A stretch of DNA of 64,000 bases, taken from assembly GCA_051294905.1 (NCBI GenBank), contig CM119372.1, positions 4,402,001-4,466,000 on the forward strand, written 5' to 3'. The notes beneath the pieces were generated by a model that was not told the origin of the DNA, made no database searches, and saw only the letters and a program-made list of their open reading frames with translations. Both the position numbers and the translations under genes were made by a program. Origin of the DNA: Botryllus schlosseri. Its lineage: Eukaryota. Positions 63,543-64,000 of this stretch are shown here, one piece after another (positions within the stretch are counted from its first letter, which is position 1; each line of letters starts with the position of its first letter).

Positions 63543-64000
63543 GTAAGTAGTCTCGCATCGGATGCGAGTAATGCGTGTTTAAATTAGGGTAGGCTGTTCA
63601 GTGCTCCCACCAGAGTTGTGGACCCCTAGAAAATTTTAACCTTTCTTAAATTAGATTATAATTATAGCTATACATCTTTTTCTAAATTATACTAGAATTT
63701 GAATTATACCCAGGTTTTTCTAATGAGATTAAAATTATAATTAATTAATTCGCGAAAACGTGGGAATTGAATCAAGTTCATATCAAACCAGAGCTCATTC
63801 CCATATGCATGAGCGTGGCGAATATCTCTACACGTACAGCAAGCTTGTCTCGTTTTGCACTATACAGTTCTCCTCTAGCGTTTTCAGAAAAAAACAGAAA
63901 TTAAATTAGAATTAAAATTAGAGCGTGGAAGCATTTCACAAATTAGATTAGTATTATAGCAAAGAAACACTTCACAAGTTACATTAGAATTAGATTACCC

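Larger units (their letters stand above)
5595..64000. repeat. Family E AT-rich interspersed repeat, ~12 copies (span shown)
   Basis: Subrepeats aattagaattatagctacacag plus core aagcacgagaatggcaaatgtctg..ccaagcttggctcgtttcgcac; + at ~5595, 17390, 20335, 22835, 24525, 26430, 29850, 36130, 39690, 63640; - at ~15650, 41445. Confidence 0.85.

Noticed and set aside
1-64000. CRISPR-like or prokaryotic systems; remaining 60-140-aa ORFs in the track
   Set aside because: No regularly spaced repeat-spacer array or operon. The other ORFs are short, often start at non-ATG codons, lie in repeats or introns, and show no recognisable domain.

Overview
This is eukaryotic (animal, probably marine invertebrate) genomic DNA, AT-rich and dense with repeats. 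It contains no prokaryotic features or CRISPR arrays, and I found no intact RNA gene. The window covers the 5' part of one + strand gene, a type I diacylglycerol kinase (DGK alpha/beta/gamma family, closest in my recall to DGKB). Nine confident GT-AG coding exons (3277-63542, 943 nt) join in frame and encode the N-terminal domain, two canonical EF-hands and the start of the first C1 zinc finger; the gene continues beyond the window. Introns range from 61 bp to 18.6 kb and hold many non-autonomous DNA transposons: hAT elements with 8-bp target-site duplications (TSDs), a CCATAG-ended 626-bp palindrome with a 5-bp TSD, a TGT-ended family with a 6-bp TSD, a ~17-copy long terminal-inverted-repeat (TIR) family and a ~12-copy AT-rich family. 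LINE and SINE relics are also present. The best lead is a candidate internal start exon (61273-61335, MKLARPKYKRLENMVQTCGCK) that splices in frame to the C1 exon. It would give an EF-hand-less DGK isoform with a polybasic/Cys N-terminus. Most ORFs in the supplied track are non-coding noise. I could run no database search, so family assignments come from recalled motifs.
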